A stretch of 63,653 bases of DNA, counting the filler, from Octopus bimaculoides (taxonomy: Eukaryota): NCBI RefSeq assembly GCF_001194135.2. It is 6 parts of 6 records of this genome, joined end to end, with 100 filler letters (N's around TTAATTAATTAA, not from the genome) between each part and the next. Parts side by side here need not be neighbours in the genome. Positions count along the whole stretch, not along the records: positions 59,535 to 63,653 come from NC_068991.1; 5 more parts are not named here. The stretch is one strand, 5' to 3'. The translations under genes and the position numbers were made by a program. Shown in pieces: positions 62,072-63,653 of this stretch; the stretch's first letter is position 1; each line of letters opens with the position of its first letter. The notes beneath the pieces were generated by a model that worked only from the letters and a program-made list of their open reading frames with translations, was not told the origin of the DNA and made no database searches.

Positions 62072-63595
62072 TTAATATATACATATGTGTGTATGTGTAC
62101 GTATATATATATTTATGTATATATTAAAAGGTGGTGCTCCAGCATGGCCGCAGTCAAATGAGTGAAACAAGTAAAAGAATAATATATATATATATATAAT
62201 TAGAATTATTTATTCATGGGAGACAGATATGTTCATAGCTGCATGAATATATAGAGATACATAAAATTATGTATGTTTATACGTGCATACAAATATCCAA
62301 ACACGTCTCTGTACACACACATACACACACACATACACACACAGGAACACACGCACGCACACACACACACACACACACACACAAATACACGCGCACACAC
62401 GTATATATACATCTTGTCGTATAGAGGAAAAGTTACAATTAATAAACCGTACATTCACAACCACTAGTGGTTTGTCTATATTCACAAAAAATTATTTTCA
62501 CTACATCAATTTGTATGTAGCCTCTACAACGGACGGGGCTTATAAAATATGGATGTACAGACAGACACACACACACACACATGCACATCATTTGTGTACA
62601 GACACACACATACGCGCGCATACATTTGTATATGTAATTATATATTATTTATATATATATTATACATACAAATTATATCATATATACATACACGTATACA
62701 TGCATATACACAGAGAAAGCTAGAAAGAGGGAGGCATACATATAGACATATTTGATTGAACGCCACGCATCCATTTTCAAGTAAGTTTTTCTATATATGT
62801 CTATATATATATATATATATATATGGGGGGGGGTGTATGTATGTATGTATATATGTATGTATGTATATATACATATGTATATATATGTATATATATACAT
62901 ATAATGATACGTGTATTTACATAATATTTCTAAATACACACACATATATATGTATACATAGAAACATACGTGCACACATGCATATACATGTACATAAATG
63001 CATCCCCATACATATATGCATACGTACAATACGTGCATGCATGAATACATACATACACACAAACATACATACATTTATACATACATATACACATACACAA
63101 CCATATACATGCATACACACACATAGACACAAGCATACATACGCACACACATACATAATACATACATGCACACATACACACACACGCACACACATACATA
63201 CACACATACATACATACATACATACATACGTACACACATACAAGCAGCCATATACGTTTTCCTCATTGATTAGAAATGGCGCTGTCAAAAGGTCACTGAT
63301 AGCGTAATAAATATCAACACATAAACACATCGCAGCACCGTGGCCTGCGTTTGCCAACACCCCCAATTCCCATGCTGAGCTCCATGTTGGTTTGCCATTA
63401 GAGCATCAATACACAGCATGGTCCAGCGATAAATACTGATATAACTCAATTACACACATTTACTAGTGTTATGATAACACTAACCAGATTTATGTATTCA
63501 TCATGGTGTAAGCCCTATCTAATTATACTCTGTTTAAGTTAGATGTTATTCTGATTGCTGTTGTTATTGATGGCTCTGTTTATATTATTGGTTTC

Positions 63596-63642
<47 letters not shown>

Positions 63643-63653
63643 ACATACATACA

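Overview
Animal (not prokaryotic) draft-assembly scaffold, about 70% AT, with roughly 7 kb of N gaps and a very heavy microsatellite load. The SINE families and repeat load point to an octopus genome (inference from recall, not a search). I find no intact host protein-coding gene; nearly all long ORFs in the track are microsatellite or N-run artefacts. Main signals: (1) colinear, spliced-looking exon remnants at ~12.2-18.9 kb whose translations match the meiotic telomere-tethering protein TERB1 (human sequence recalled from memory) but carry many stops and frameshifts, i.e. a candidate TERB1 pseudogene, downstream of a CpG-containing promoter-like patch with CRE and MYB-type motifs; (2) minimal hammerhead ribozymes in two repeat families, one a tRNA-headed element that recurs with an inverted copy of its own tail, the other with a CUGUUGA core and a compensatory stem I change; (3) many transposons: a mariner-type element, Penelope-like RT/GIY-YIG remnants, R4/Dong-type ends in microsatellites, an uninterrupted L1/Tx1-clade RT fragment whose apparent 3' end matches a SINE tail, several MITEs (one with opposed telomeric repeats) and at least four SINE families. 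All alignments were done by eye.
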